64,000 nt of DNA from Camelus ferus. Lineage: Eukaryota. This document shows positions 12,845 to 25,790 of the stretch, in pieces. The position numbers and the translations under genes are program-made. The stretch's first letter is position 1. Each line of letters begins with the position of its first letter. The stretch lies in assembly GCF_009834535.1 (NCBI RefSeq), contig NC_045696.1, positions 22,756,001 to 22,820,000 on the forward strand, given 5' to 3'. The notes under the pieces are model-generated. The model was not told where the DNA came from, searched no databases, and saw nothing but the letters and a program-made list of their open reading frames with translations.

Positions 12845-13281
12845 CACATGAAAAGATACTCAACATCACTAATCATCAGGGAAATGCAAATTGAGCCACA
12901 ATGAGAAATCACCATATACCTGTCAGAATGGCTTGTCATCAAAAAGACAAGAAATAACAAGAGTTTGCGAGGATGTGGAGAAAAGGGAACCCTCCTACAC
13001 TGTTTGGGGATTGTATATTGGTACAGCCACTTTGGAAAACAATATGAGGGTTCCTCAAAAAATTAAAACTAGAACTAACAGATGATCCAGCAACCCCATT
13101 CCTGGGTATATATTCGAAAGAAAACGAAAACACTAATTTGAAATCATACTATGCACACTAATGTTCATAGCAGCACTATTTACAATAGCCAAGATATACA
13201 AGCAGCCTGAATGTCCATCTGACAGATGACTGGATAAAGATGTGGTGTGTGTATATATGTATATACACATACATACACACC

Positions 13282-13317
<36 letters not shown>

Positions 13318-13705
13318 TAAAATATTTCTCGGCCATAAAAAAGAATGACATTTTGCTATTTGCAACAACATGGATGGACCTGGAGGGTATTATGCTTAGT
13401 TAAATAAGTCAGACAGAGAAAACCAAGTAGTGTATATTTTCACTTATATGTGGAATCTAAAAAATAAAACAAATTAGTGAATATATCAAAGCCCAAACAG
13501 ACTCACAGATACAGAGAACAAACTATTGGTTATCAGAAGGGAGAGGGTTGGGGGAAGGAGAAAAATAGGTAAAGGAGATTAAAAGGTACAAACCATTAGG
13601 TATAAAATAAATTAGATACAAGGTTGTAATGTACAGCACAAGGAATATAGCCAATATTTTATAATAATCTTATATGATATAATCTATAATATACTGAATC
13701 ACTCA
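12845..13705 (+). mobile_element. L1 ORF2 3' end and 3' UTR (L1MA9/lineage-specific type), with internal (CA)n
   Basis: cacatgaaaagatactcaacatcactaatcatcagggaaatgcaaa; gttcatagcagcactatttacaatagccaagat; tgcaacaacatggatggacctggagggtattatgct. Confidence 0.92.
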
Positions 13706-15047
13706 TAATTAGCAAAAATAAACTATCATTTTTTATTATGGCTATCATTACGTGATTATCCTTTCCCTGGAGTTTCATGCAGTGAGTGTACTGGTTAATG
13801 AAATTTGGGTGATTCCATTAAAAATAAACATGTAAAATAACACTGAAGCTTGGCTGGCTTATTGGAACCAACATGCAATGTTAAGCCTAGTAACTAAATA
13901 ATTATTTTTTCTTTATTTGCTTTGGTGTCTAGTTTTATTATTTTGGTTATATGAAAGTATAATTTTGACTTTCATAAGAGGACTTTAGCAATTCTCTCTA
14001 AAGGGAAAAGAAAAGCTTTTGGTGATGCCATTACCAACAGTTGCTTTTTCTGATTTTTATTCCTTCCTTTATAATCCATAATGCTTTTTTTTAATTCATT
14101 CAGTGCAATTTGGTTAAAATTCTTTTTCCTTCTTCCCTCTTGCTCCCAAAAATGCCTTTGCTATTAAACTCATTTTGTAAATGTGGTATATTGGTATGAG
14201 TTTCCTTCACAGTTTTTATGATGCTGACACCAGCAAAAGCTAAGAGGAGATTGAAACTCTTGGGGCTTTATGTGATTTTGATGATAGATATTTTTAAGGC
14301 TCTCTTTTCTGCTGTCTGAATTTGAGCAGTGTAGCATTCCCCACCCCACCCCCAATGTATAAAATAACTTTCCTGCAATGTTAAGGAAAGAAGCAGTGAT
14401 TAGAAAGATTAAGCAGACACCCTGGGTCTAAGATAGAAAGGCCTAAGGAAAACAAAATGCACAACTTAGATTTAGCAAGGATATTTCAGGGCTCTTGAAT
14501 GTTTTTGTCAATGATTATTTGGATAATAAATACTTTATCTTCTCTTATAACAAAGCCAGGTCAGCTTCTGAGTTAGATACTGTGGTAAACAATGAAGAAT
14601 TTTTAAACATTTTTTGCTTTCTTAAGGATTGTAAAAAGGAAAATGACATATACATCTTTGCATATATTTAGTCTGAAGCCATACTACAGAAGGCTAGTAT
14701 TTGGAGTAATAAGGGATTCCTAGAAAAGGAAGAAGACCAGGAGAGAATTATGGTGAAGAGGTAGAGGCTAACTAATTTGTGCAATAAGGAAAACACTAAT
14801 ATTTAGCAATGACACTCATATTTTCAAAACTGTATTCCTCTTATGCCTATCCTCTCTCTTCTTTCTGAATATTAGTCATGTACATTTGTTCATGTGCTGA
14901 TTTAAAATTCTTTCATTTATTTACAAGAATTCCCCACCCCTCCCCCACCTTTTCCCTACCCACCCAGTCCACTCGGATGTATTGCATGCCTGTGAATTAT
15001 ACCCCAAGTGTGACAGACGATGACTATTTAGAGGATGCCAAGTAGCG

Positions 15048-15061
15048 GTTGCCCTAGCAAC
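15048..15061. promoter_or_regulatory. RFX X-box (GTTGCCCTAGCAAC) in a promoter-like motif cluster
   Basis: Near-perfect palindromic RFX consensus GTTGCCNNRGCAAC. CACCC boxes at about 14932-14950, ETS-like ACCGGAA at 15146-15152, inverted CCAAT at 15152-15156. Confidence 0.6.
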
Positions 15062-15689
15062 AATAACCAGGGGATGCTTCTCAGAACTTCTGCCTGCTCT
15101 CTTCCTCCATCATTTTCCCTGTTATGAGAGTTAGACAACATGGTTACCGGAATTGGTTGAAGCTGCTTCCTACTCCCCGACCCAGCATAGTGAAAGAGAG
15201 AAAACTTAGAAATGTCTGCTTTTTACTTACTGTCGAGGGAAATTCAGCATGTCTATGCCATCAAGACTGAAAAGAGGGGCACTCTTAGGGAGAAAAGAGC
15301 TGGGTGCTCTCATACTAATAAATGCTCGATGGTGGGAGAATTGATTGTCAGAACTGCTACTGCGAACCACTTGTGAGGAATGAAAAAAACCATTGTTGAA
15401 TTTCCACACGTGGGCTAAAAGAACAGTATGTAAATTGGATTGCAAGATGCTATGTTCTGTGAGTGGAAATTTCTCGTTTGTTCTGAATCTGATATAGCAG
15501 ATTTAATTTTACTTTCTTTGTCAAATGAAGAAAATCTAAAAAAAAAAATGGGAGTGTAATCTAGACAGCAAGATGGAAAACTTTTTTCAATTACCTATGA
15601 CTTTATTGATATTTACATCTCCTCTCCTAAATAAATATTCAGGTTAAAGCAGACAATGAAGTTTAAGGGAAATTCTGTTTGCTAAGAAA

Positions 15690-15866
15690 AGCAGAGTGGA
15701 TTTCTGTGAAGCAAAAGGAGCTTAAGCTTCAGGGTCTCCCACTTGCAAAGGCCCCTTTGAAGGCCCTGTATCTCAATTTGCATTTGTATGTATATTACTT
15801 TTATTCTTAAAAAGCCACTCCCTGATTGTATACACTTTAAGATACATAAATTCTGCATCCACTCCT
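15690..15866. mobile_element. MER53 hAT MITE
   Basis: gagtggattt...aagcttcagggtctcccacttgcaaaggcccc...gcatccactcct, with residual TIRs. Confidence 0.8.
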
Positions 15867-16779
15867 CAAGAGAGAGGGAAATAGAAGTGATTTATTTGTA
15901 TCATTTTTTTATGACATTCAGATTTCTAGTCTTGTATTTCTGTTTTGAGTACTCATTTCTGTTTTTCCCTTTTTCCCTCTTGCTTTGGGGATATTATAGA
16001 GCTTTCATGGATCTCAAGTTTGCTTATGTTTAAGCAACAATAACAAAAATATGTAGTTTGTATGCATCACTGTCCTTTCAAAATCATTTAATAAAACTAT
16101 GAGTAGAAAATGAAGTGGTCACTAATAGAAGATAAACAGAACACATTGAATTATTTTAAAATAGTTAATTTATCTGCAAACTGTGTTATTGGGAATGTAT
16201 TCTATGTTTTTGGGGGGGAAACATTAGATTTCTGACTGGGAGTTTTTGTATAATCTTAAGAATAAATATAATTAAATAAAGGCTTAAAGCAGATTTCCTT
16301 GGAATTTCTTTTCCATATATTTGAATGAATAGTTTTTATCACGTATATGCCAGTAATATTTGAAGAGTCTGTCCCTCAATACCTTAGGGATTTACTTAAA
16401 TAAACAGCATTTTATAAACAATACAGTAGAAACTTTCAGTAATTATTTAAACCCAGTAGTTTATGGTAACTCTGGAAGAATTTTGAAAGGTATAGTGAGA
16501 CTGTAAAGTCCTTGTTCTACTAATTACATTTATCACCATTTACCTTTGATGGAAATATCCAGTTCCTCTTTGAGATAGATGTATTCTCTGAAAGGCCTTT
16601 GTTTTAATTTTATATCCCAAGAGCACAGCACCTTGAATCTAATAGAGTCTACCATGTATTATTTTAATTGGACTTGCTATAATCAATACGTTTCTCAAGA
16701 ACTTTATTCTTGGACCCTGTAGCTTATAGGCTAGTAATATGAATTGCACAGTCGAGACACTATGAGGAATTTTCATTTT

Positions 16780-17480
16780 TCTAAAAACATTTACATATTT
16801 AAAAACACAATGTATTTGCATAATTCAAAATTTACAAGATACAAAAGGAAATATGTTTATAGGAAAAACTCTCCCTCCCATTCCACTCTCAGAGCTATTT
16901 TGGGCATATACAAACAAAAATATACACCCTTTTTTTTAGCATAGCATGTAAACTGTATGGTCTTAATTATTTTCACTTAATACTCTTATAGATTGGCCAG
17001 TATCTGCAAGCAAACAAAAAACTGTGTTCTCCTTCTGTTTTATGGCTATATTGCATTCTAATTTATATATGTAGTATAACTTATTAAACTGCTATTTCAT
17101 TGATGGATGATTAGATATTTTCCAATCTTGTTACTAAAAACACATTACAATAAATAACTTTGTACGTGACACCATTTTGCACAAATGAGGAAGTATGTAT
17201 AGCCCATAGTGCTATTTCTGAAATGAGGGTCAAAAGTTATGTTTTTTTTCTATATTGATAAATATTGCCCAATTACTTTCCATACAAGATGGATTGATTG
17301 ACATTCATGATCAAAATACCCTTTTTTTCACTCTTACCTATAGAATGTGCTATCACACTTTTCAGTCTTTATCAATAAGGTGGGTAAAAAACACTATCAC
17401 TGTAGCTTTAATTTATTTTTTTTACTTTTTGAGTTTAGAATTTCTTTTCATATGTTTAAGAACATTCAAATTTCTTTTCG
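16780..17480 (-). mobile_element. Old L1ME 3' fragment
   Basis: cattgatggatgattagatattttccaatctt; ttgataaatattgcccaattactttcc. Confidence 0.7.
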
Positions 17481-19369
17481 CTTTATCATAACCTTGTTTT
17501 TATCTTCTTCTTTGCATTCAATACAATGTGTAGGTTATTTTATTCATTTATGTGTGTCTTTGGTCATCATTTGTCTCTTCAGTTGTTGTATAGGCTTCTT
17601 GAAGGTCAATATTTGGCTTTCTTGTTCATCATTGACTCGTCGGTTCCCAGCATAACACCTTCCTTAGCAGACATTCAGTAAATATTTGTTGAACAAAAGA
17701 TTTAAGGGCGTAACATGAGGCCACCAGGAGGTCTTTAGGGGGCCGCCACAGAGCTCTGCACTTGCTTCTGTGCCCAGTTACTTCTGAGTCTCCTAAAGCA
17801 AGTGTATCCTTTACTATTTTTTGAAAGCTTGCTGAGCTATTTGAGATGGAAGTTAAAAGCACAGCTCTTAGAGAGACTTGTGCTTCCTTGTGGATTCTCC
17901 AGAATATCTAAATTGCAATCATGGTTTAGTTTTCCATAACGGAGAGGGCTCTCTATTGAAAATTCTGGGTTCACTTAATTTTCAATACTATCATAGAAAG
18001 GAAAACAAAGATGAATCTAGGAAACAGAGAAAGAATAAATACATTTCTTTATAGACCCCAGTGGGACCTATTGGGAACTGAAAAACTTTACTGTTAAATG
18101 GTACACAAATTTTGCTACACTGAACTTTATCACTGCCTAAGAATGTAGAGTTTTCAGGAATGTAATTATTTTAAAAATTAACTATCAATTAAAATATTGG
18201 ATTCCAGTCATAAAATGGCTAATGATTTTAAACTCTTTCCACAGAAGTATGTACCCTGTACTGTGTGAATTCTTTCAGCAATTACAGATGCATAGGAATT
18301 GTTGAAATGTAAGGTAGTTTTATATTGTATTTGCATGAGTAACACCAAAAAATTGATAAATTGTACTGCATTTTTGAGCAGAATTCAACAAATAGTGTCT
18401 TGATTTTTTTCTCTCATTTGAATATTAAAGATTCCAGTGTAAAGAACAGGTAGTTTCAGGGTCTACCTAGTCTGCTAATCATATTAGATTCCTAGAAGCC
18501 TAGAAATAAGTCTTTGTTTTCCTCTGCAGTGCACTGGAGTTATAAATCTTAGTAAGACCCAAAGCTTACTCTGTAGGACATGTTTGAGCTGAGTGGGTTT
18601 AAAGGGCCTTATCAATTATATAAAAATCTGGCTTTATTTAGATCAGGGCCACACCTCTGAGATGTTGTCATGTTAACTAATTTTGGGGTTTGCAGTGGGG
18701 AAACCAAAGAAAAGAGGTTGGAGATCTCTGTAGTTGGGAGGGAAGGATATCTGACTCCAGCAGAAGGTAGAAGGGTCTTATAAAATGGCTTGGGCAGAAA
18801 AGAGCCAGCGTAGGGAATATATTTCAGGGGACATGTTACTTTATAACCAATTTTAAGTTTATTTTTCTGCAGTGTAAATCTTGATGCAATCCTTAAGGCT
18901 TCTGTTCAATTTGTTAAACCAGCACAATCTCAAGTAAATTGTTGTAGGGAAGCCAAAGTACATATCCATGGGTATAGATCCAAGTCTTGGGATGAACCTG
19001 AATGGGCAGAATGGGCTCAGCAAAGAGATCCAAAAATGGGATGGACAGAGGCAATAGCTGAAGAACTCTGGCCGTGTAGTCAAAACTGAGTGGTGACAAG
19101 TGAGAGTCTAGGATGTATAAGTGCATCCATGTTGTGGGGGCCTCAACAGCTGAAATGGTGCATGGACTTCCTGTGTTCATGAGGGTGGGACTTGGATTAT
19201 AGGTAAACGGTAACAAGTAAGCTCAGAAGACTGTGAAAATTAGGGGATATACAAATGGCTTAGAGAAATTACTTATGGATATTTGTTACAAATCTTCAGT
19301 GTAGTTCAGGAGTGGTTCTTGCCTCATATTTCAGCCCTTGCATTGTGCACTTCTAAACATTGATGGCTA

Positions 19370-19520
19370 TACATTAGTGTACATTAGTATCTTCTCCCTG
19401 ACAAGATTATAAACTCCTTGAAAATACGTTGATTAATTCATTTACATCATGTTTATCTCTCATAGTATCTAATTTGGTACTGAGCCAATATTGTGCTCAG
19501 AATGTATTTATTAAATGGAA
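19370..19520 (+). mobile_element. L2 3' end
   Basis: aagattataaactccttgaaaa...tgctcagaatgtatttattaaatg. Confidence 0.65.
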
Positions 19521-22449
19521 ACTTTATTGGACATTTTATATAGCCTATAGTCTCAAATGACTGTAATCACATAAAACGGGATCTTAAGTATGTTTTCTTT
19601 CTCTTTTCTTTTTGGAATGTGGATTTTTTTTTTTTTTCACTTTTGATGCATTTGCTTTTTCCCTTTCATTACCATATTCACTGCACTTTGAATATCATAC
19701 GCTCCTTTAGTAACACCTGATTTTTAGGGTTCCTTGTAAAGAACAAGATAACTGAGCCAAATTCTTCTCTTATGCTAAAATAAAATCAACGGTTAATTCT
19801 CATCTCAAATGCATACTCATATTTCAGGCATAATTCATGAATGCTGAAGTCCATATGTCATGGGGCTGTCCAGCTATTTATACAAACATGAAGTACAAAC
19901 ATGTTTTGAAGCTCTGAGCAGACCTGTGACCAGCTGATACATCTAAAAAAAACCTTTTTTTTTTTCTCCAAAGGATCTTATTTTCCAAGTTTTATAAGTT
20001 TAACTTATATAAGTATTCTCAGTTATGTAAGTTAAACTTTCTTTTTATGACTATGAAAGCCTACAGATGAACAAGTGTCAGGACAGCAGTGAATAAATAA
20101 CATACATCACACCCCTTTCTGGGTGGGAAGGACTGAGAAGAGGAGGAGAGGAAGAGGAAGCAATTGGTGCCCCAATCCCAGGTGCACAGTCCCCTCTCTT
20201 ATGGCAGTGGCGAGTGTGGTGAGCAATCCTGTCTGCTCCAGCCCCTGAGTTAAGAAAACAAATCACCCACAGGATGGTGCTTTTCCAGTCTATTTCAGGA
20301 ATAATACAAGTTCTTCCAGTCAGGCTGGCCATTTCTGGTGGCTACATCATGGTTTTGAATAGTGCATTCTCAGGATTGGTAGTTCAGAAAAGTTCTTCTC
20401 AATAAAATATTTAAAATGGGGGATGGGGTGGTGGAGTAGTTGTTTCCTCTGTTGCTCCTCCTGCTTATGCACGGCACGTTCCCAGAGACCGTGCAGCTGA
20501 CGCACAGCAGACTTTTAGTTTTTGTTCAGGTCTGGTTTTGATCTGCAGTGTTCAGGGATGAGCAATTCCTTTCAAGTTATTTGCAAACCTTGTCAAAGCT
20601 TGATTGCAGCATGACATTGATGACAGACTGATTATTACTTGTCTCAGAAAGCAGTGTAAGAACATATTGGCTTTCATGCAAACATCCAGCTTGTCATTAG
20701 CGTACAGTGCAAATGGCAGCGGTTTTATACCGGGAGCACAGCAAAAAGAGGCGTCTCTTTCTATTGGTCCTAGAAGGATTTCAACAAAATTTTAAGGACA
20801 ATCTTTGTGAAGTGAAATTCCTACAGTAAGACAAATATTCTAGCTTTGAAATGTCCTTGGTTATCTTGAGGGACGTTTATTCCAGTAGGCTAGACAGAAA
20901 AAATAAAGACATATAAAATAATATTAAAATATAAATAACTTTATTTTTCTAGTAAAGCAAATCTACTGAAGTTTAGAAGTGAATTCAGTTTCAAAGTTCT
21001 GCTTACTTAGGAACACTAAATGCTAGCTGAGTTTTGATAATTTCTTAGTATCTTGAGCCAGATCCACCCAGATGAATAAATTAGCTACTTGAGATGTGAA
21101 TTAGATTTGCAAGAGGTACTTTCCCTTTTAAACCACAGGAACTCAATTGCATTAAAGAAGCATATGTATTGTGAAATCCTTTCCAGGGATTAAAACCTCT
21201 ATAATTTCAATTATATTCAAGGGTCACAAAATTTACCTACATGTCTACTTGATACTTAGGAAAAAGTTACTGGTTGGCAACCAATGGTATCAATAATCAG
21301 AATCTTTTATTACCTCCTGATATATGTTCCTTTTGTTCTTTCTTGCTTTTCTAGGTAGAAAAGTTAGGGGATGATCCCCTTCAGCCACAGCTATATTCAC
21401 AAAAGAAATAACCACCTCATTTTCTTTTAAAAATATTAACTCTGTTAAGGAGAGGATTTATTTAAAGTTAATTGGAACTTTTAATTAAAAATATATGTAC
21501 ATGGCAAAATTTAAATAAAATGCGTAAAAGGATATTTAATGAAACATAAACCTTTCTCTCCCTGCAGATTCCCAATATTTTATCCCAAGGAGCAATCACT
21601 GATACACATATACGTGTTTATTGTCGCCCATTTTTTACATAAATTGAAACAAAGCTTAACGTAGTATTATTATCTGTGTTTTATTCTCTTGGCAATATTG
21701 GAAGCTATGGAGATAGGACTTCAGGCAGTCCTGAATTTCTATCTTACTTAGGATGGTCAGAGCCCAGAGATGACAGGGATTGAAATTTGATTCATGTAAG
21801 TCTGATATATTTGCTCATGAATGTCCTTGAACTGGTCCATGTTAGCCCACAGACGTCTAAAAGAGGCAGAGGTAATTTAAAACTCTGACACATTTGAGTT
21901 TCAGTTTGTGGCAGTCAATTCTGAGCTACAAAGAATAAAGGACACTCCCTCCTCACCCTGAGCAGTACCTCAGTTGACCTTTCTATGATCCAAAATGATC
22001 ACTACTGTCTTCAGGCAGCTCAATCACCAACATCCACAGAAGGGAAACTTGAAGGACAGGGGGCTTGTACTTCCAACATGGAGAGTGAGGCTGAACCTCT
22101 AGCTATGAGCAACTGGCTTAATGTAATTAAAATCTCACTTCTGATACCTGCATGAAAGACCTAATATACTCTGCCCATTGGCGTCTTATGAGTCACCTTC
22201 ATCTCTGTAATAATTCAGATGCTATACTTCTAAACCAGTTTCTTCCCTAACCAAGAGTATAAGATAGAGGCTTCCAGTTCAGGGTGGTGTACTCAGTATA
22301 ATATCTAACTCCTTATTTTTCTAAACCCCATTAAAATAAGAAAAAACTATTCAAAAATCATAAATATACTTATAGCTTGAAAATAATAAACTATAAGCCA
22401 GACTGGATTCTTTCTGAAATCAGAATTACATGGTTTTACATTGATGGAG

Positions 22450-22835
22450 GTGATGGTTAATTTTGTGTATCAAATTGGCTGAGCCATAGGGTGCCCAGAT
22501 ATTTGGTCAAACGTTATTCTAGGTATGTCTATGTTTTGGGGTGACTTTAACATTGAAATTGGTAAACTTTGAATAGAGTAAATTGCTCTCTATAACGTAA
22601 GTGAGCCTCATCCAATCAGCCTAAGTAGAACAAAAGACCAGCCTCCCGCAAGCAAGAGAGATGCTGCAGAAAGAGGATTTGGACTTGAACTGAAACATCA
22701 CCTATGCTTGATTTCTGCCTGCTAGCCCACCCAAAAGATTTTGGACTTGCCAGTGTCCATGACTGCAGAAGCCAATTCCTTAGAATAAATGTCTTTATAT
22801 ATCTATATATCTATAACTATATGTAAATATATGTG

Positions 22836-22866
<31 letters not shown>

Positions 22867-22908
22867 TTATCCTATTGGTTCTGTTTCCTGGAGAACTTTG
22901 GCTAATAA
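22450..22908 (+). mobile_element. ERVL solo LTR, MLT2D-like, with internal TA/CA repeat
   Basis: gtgatggttaattttgtgtatcaa start; cctattggttctgtttcctggagaac...taata end. Confidence 0.88.
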
Positions 22909-23189
22909 AAATGGTCAAAGCAGAGTTAGCAGCTATCTTAAACACGCACAGTTTAAGTTATGCTTAAAGTAAGCTGGTTTTTTTTTTCCATTAAAGTTAA
23001 GAAAAGTTTTTAAGTATTGAGTTGGCAGATAGAGACTAAAAATGGACAATAATATCAAAGTTCAGACTTGGTAATCAAAATGATAGATTAAAAGTATGCT
23101 TACAGTCCAACTGACATAGTTAACTGTGTGTGTGTGTGTGTGATTGCTTATTTATCTGAGTATCCATCTACTATTTATTTATCATCTAT

Positions 23190-23512
23190 ATAAAAAGCTA
23201 ACATTTGAGGGCTTACTGTGCTGGGTGCTGTATTTGATACATTACATAGATTATTCCATTTAATTCTCACAACTACCCTATAAAGTAGTACTATTATTAT
23301 GTTTATTTAACATATGAAGATAAATTTTAATATAGTGAACTAAATATTTAACATAGTGAATAATTTTTTCAGGCTCACATAGCTTGTCTCGACTCAGGTT
23401 TCTGACACTAATGCCTAGAATTATTTGGTCAAAATTACACAGCCAGTAAATGAAGGAGCTAAAATTTGAACTGAGGCCATCAGAGATTGTGCTGTTAAAT
23501 CACCATGCTCCA
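23190..23512 (-). mobile_element. MIR SINE
   Basis: catttaattctcacaactaccctataaagtagtactattatt; cacagccagtaaatgaaggagctaaaatttgaac. Confidence 0.75.
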
Positions 23513-23537
23513 TGAAGAATGTTACAAAAATTACATG

Positions 23538-23661
23538 GGGCCAGCATATCTTTGATAGCAAACCCTGATTAGGACATTATGATGAAAGAAAATTACAAGC
23601 CAAAATTTCCTATGCACTCTTTCGCAAAAAATCTTAGACAAAATATTAGCAAACTGAATCA

Positions 23662-23706
<45 letters not shown>

Positions 23707-25790
23707 ACTACCTATCTATTTATCTATTATCTATTTATCTACCTATCTACCTAGCTATCTGGTAAATAATAACATAGTGTTGTCATTCAGAGGATTAAAA
23801 AGTTGATTTTTAATATTAAAAAATCAATCAGTGTAATTCACTACACTAACACCAAAAAGGAGAAAACAATGTGATCATCTAAATCCATTTAGAAAAAACA
23901 TTCAATAAAATTCAATATCCATTGATGGCAAAAACTTAGCAAATTAGAAGTGGAATGGAATCTTATTAATCTAATAAAATATATCCAGAAAAGTGAACCT
24001 ATTACATAGTAGCAAATATTGTTGTCTTTTCTCTACAGGTGGAAAACAATTGTCACCATTTTAAATTTTATTCAGCATTATACTGGAGGGCCTACCAAAT
24101 GCAATAAGGCAAGAAAATAAGTGAAAGAGATAGAGATTGAAAATAAAGCTTTAAATTGTCATTATTCGAAGAAGTCATAACTATGTACTTAGAAAATCCA
24201 AAAGAATCTACAAAACATTAGAATTAATGTCAATTTTGTAACTCACTGGATATGTAATCAATATATAAAAATTAATTGCCTTTCTATAAATTAGCAGCAA
24301 ATATTAAAAAAGAAATGGATAAATACCATTCATAATAACACAAAGAAAACCCTTAGATACTCATAAATAATTCCTATGAAATATATCCAAGTTCTCTACA
24401 TTGTAAATAGCAAGACAATGTTGAGAAAAAAAGATTTAATCCAGTAAGTGGAGAGGTAGAACATGTTCTTACATTGGAAAACTCAATATTAAGATGTACG
24501 TTCTTCTGAAATTGATCTAGATACTCAATGTTATCTCAACCAATAACAGAAGGATATTTTATTTTTCTTTTTTCAGTGGGAGAGGGGTGACTGGCCTATT
24601 GATACTAAAATGTATGGAAATGCAGAGAGCCCAGAACAGCATAGCAATCTTTAAAAGAGAACAAACTGACTGAATACTAACAGAGATCAAGTCTTACTAT
24701 AAAGATGTAATGATTAAAACAGTGTGGTGGTGTAAAAATAAACAAATAGACCAGGAGACGAAAATATGGTATCCAGAAACTGACCCATACATATGGTCAC
24801 TTGACTTGTCACAAAGATGACACAGCAATTCTGTGTGGAAAAGATAGTTGTTTCGATAAAGGATTGAGTCAATTGGATATCTATTTGAAAAATAAATTTA
24901 TCTGTACCCTTCCTCATACCATTCACAGAATTTAATTTGAAATGGATTTTAGTCATAAATGTAAAAGGCCGAATAAAAACAATTCCAGAAGAAATCATAG
25001 GAGAATACCTTTATTATGTTGTGGAAGAAGGATTTTTTAAATTGGACGAGATTATTAACTATAAAAGAAAAGATTAATAAATTGGACTTCTTTTAAATTA
25101 GTTAATTCTGTTCGTTAAAATATAGCATTGATAGTGTGGAAAGTCAAACTAACAAATGGGAGAAAATAATAATTTATTTTATATATACAAAATCAAACAA
25201 TCCATATGCAAGATGGATAAAGAATGCCAATAAATCACTGAGAAAGAAAATTTTTAATTAGCAGAGTACTTGGTCACTTAAACAAGAGAGGATACGGAAG
25301 GATACCCAAATGATCAGTGAGCACATGAAAAGATAGTCAGAATCTTTAGTTATCAGCTAAATACAAATTTCAGCCACAATGAAATAACTTATCTCAAGCA
25401 GAATGACTAAAATTTTGAAAGACTGAAAATATCAAGTGTTAGTAAGGATAAGAATCAAATAGAATTCTCAATATTAATTAAGAATATTTTTAAGACTTAA
25501 TTAAGAATTAATTGAGCTAATATTCCAATTGGTAATCACTTTGTTGGAAAATTGTTCAGTAGTATCTACCAAAGCTAAATATACACAAAACCAACTCTGT
25601 TGAGTTATATACACAATAGAAATAAATGCTTATGGCAACAAAAAGCATGTACAGTAATATTTTCTAGCTTTATTCATAGTGACCCGAGACAGGAAACAAC
25701 CCAATTATCCATAAGCAGAAAAAGAAATAAATACATGATGGTTTATTTATGTAATGGAATATTTAGCATCCATGAGCACATAAGATTTTA
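23538..25790 (+). mobile_element. Old L1M ORF2 (RT through C-terminus), decayed
   Basis: ggccagcatatctttgatagcaaaccc...aaagaaaattacaagccaa matches ASITLIPKP..KENYRPI; further A-rich ORF2 landmarks follow. Confidence 0.88.
23663..23760. repeat. (TCTA)n microsatellite with degenerate tail
   Basis: Directly visible. Confidence 0.95.
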
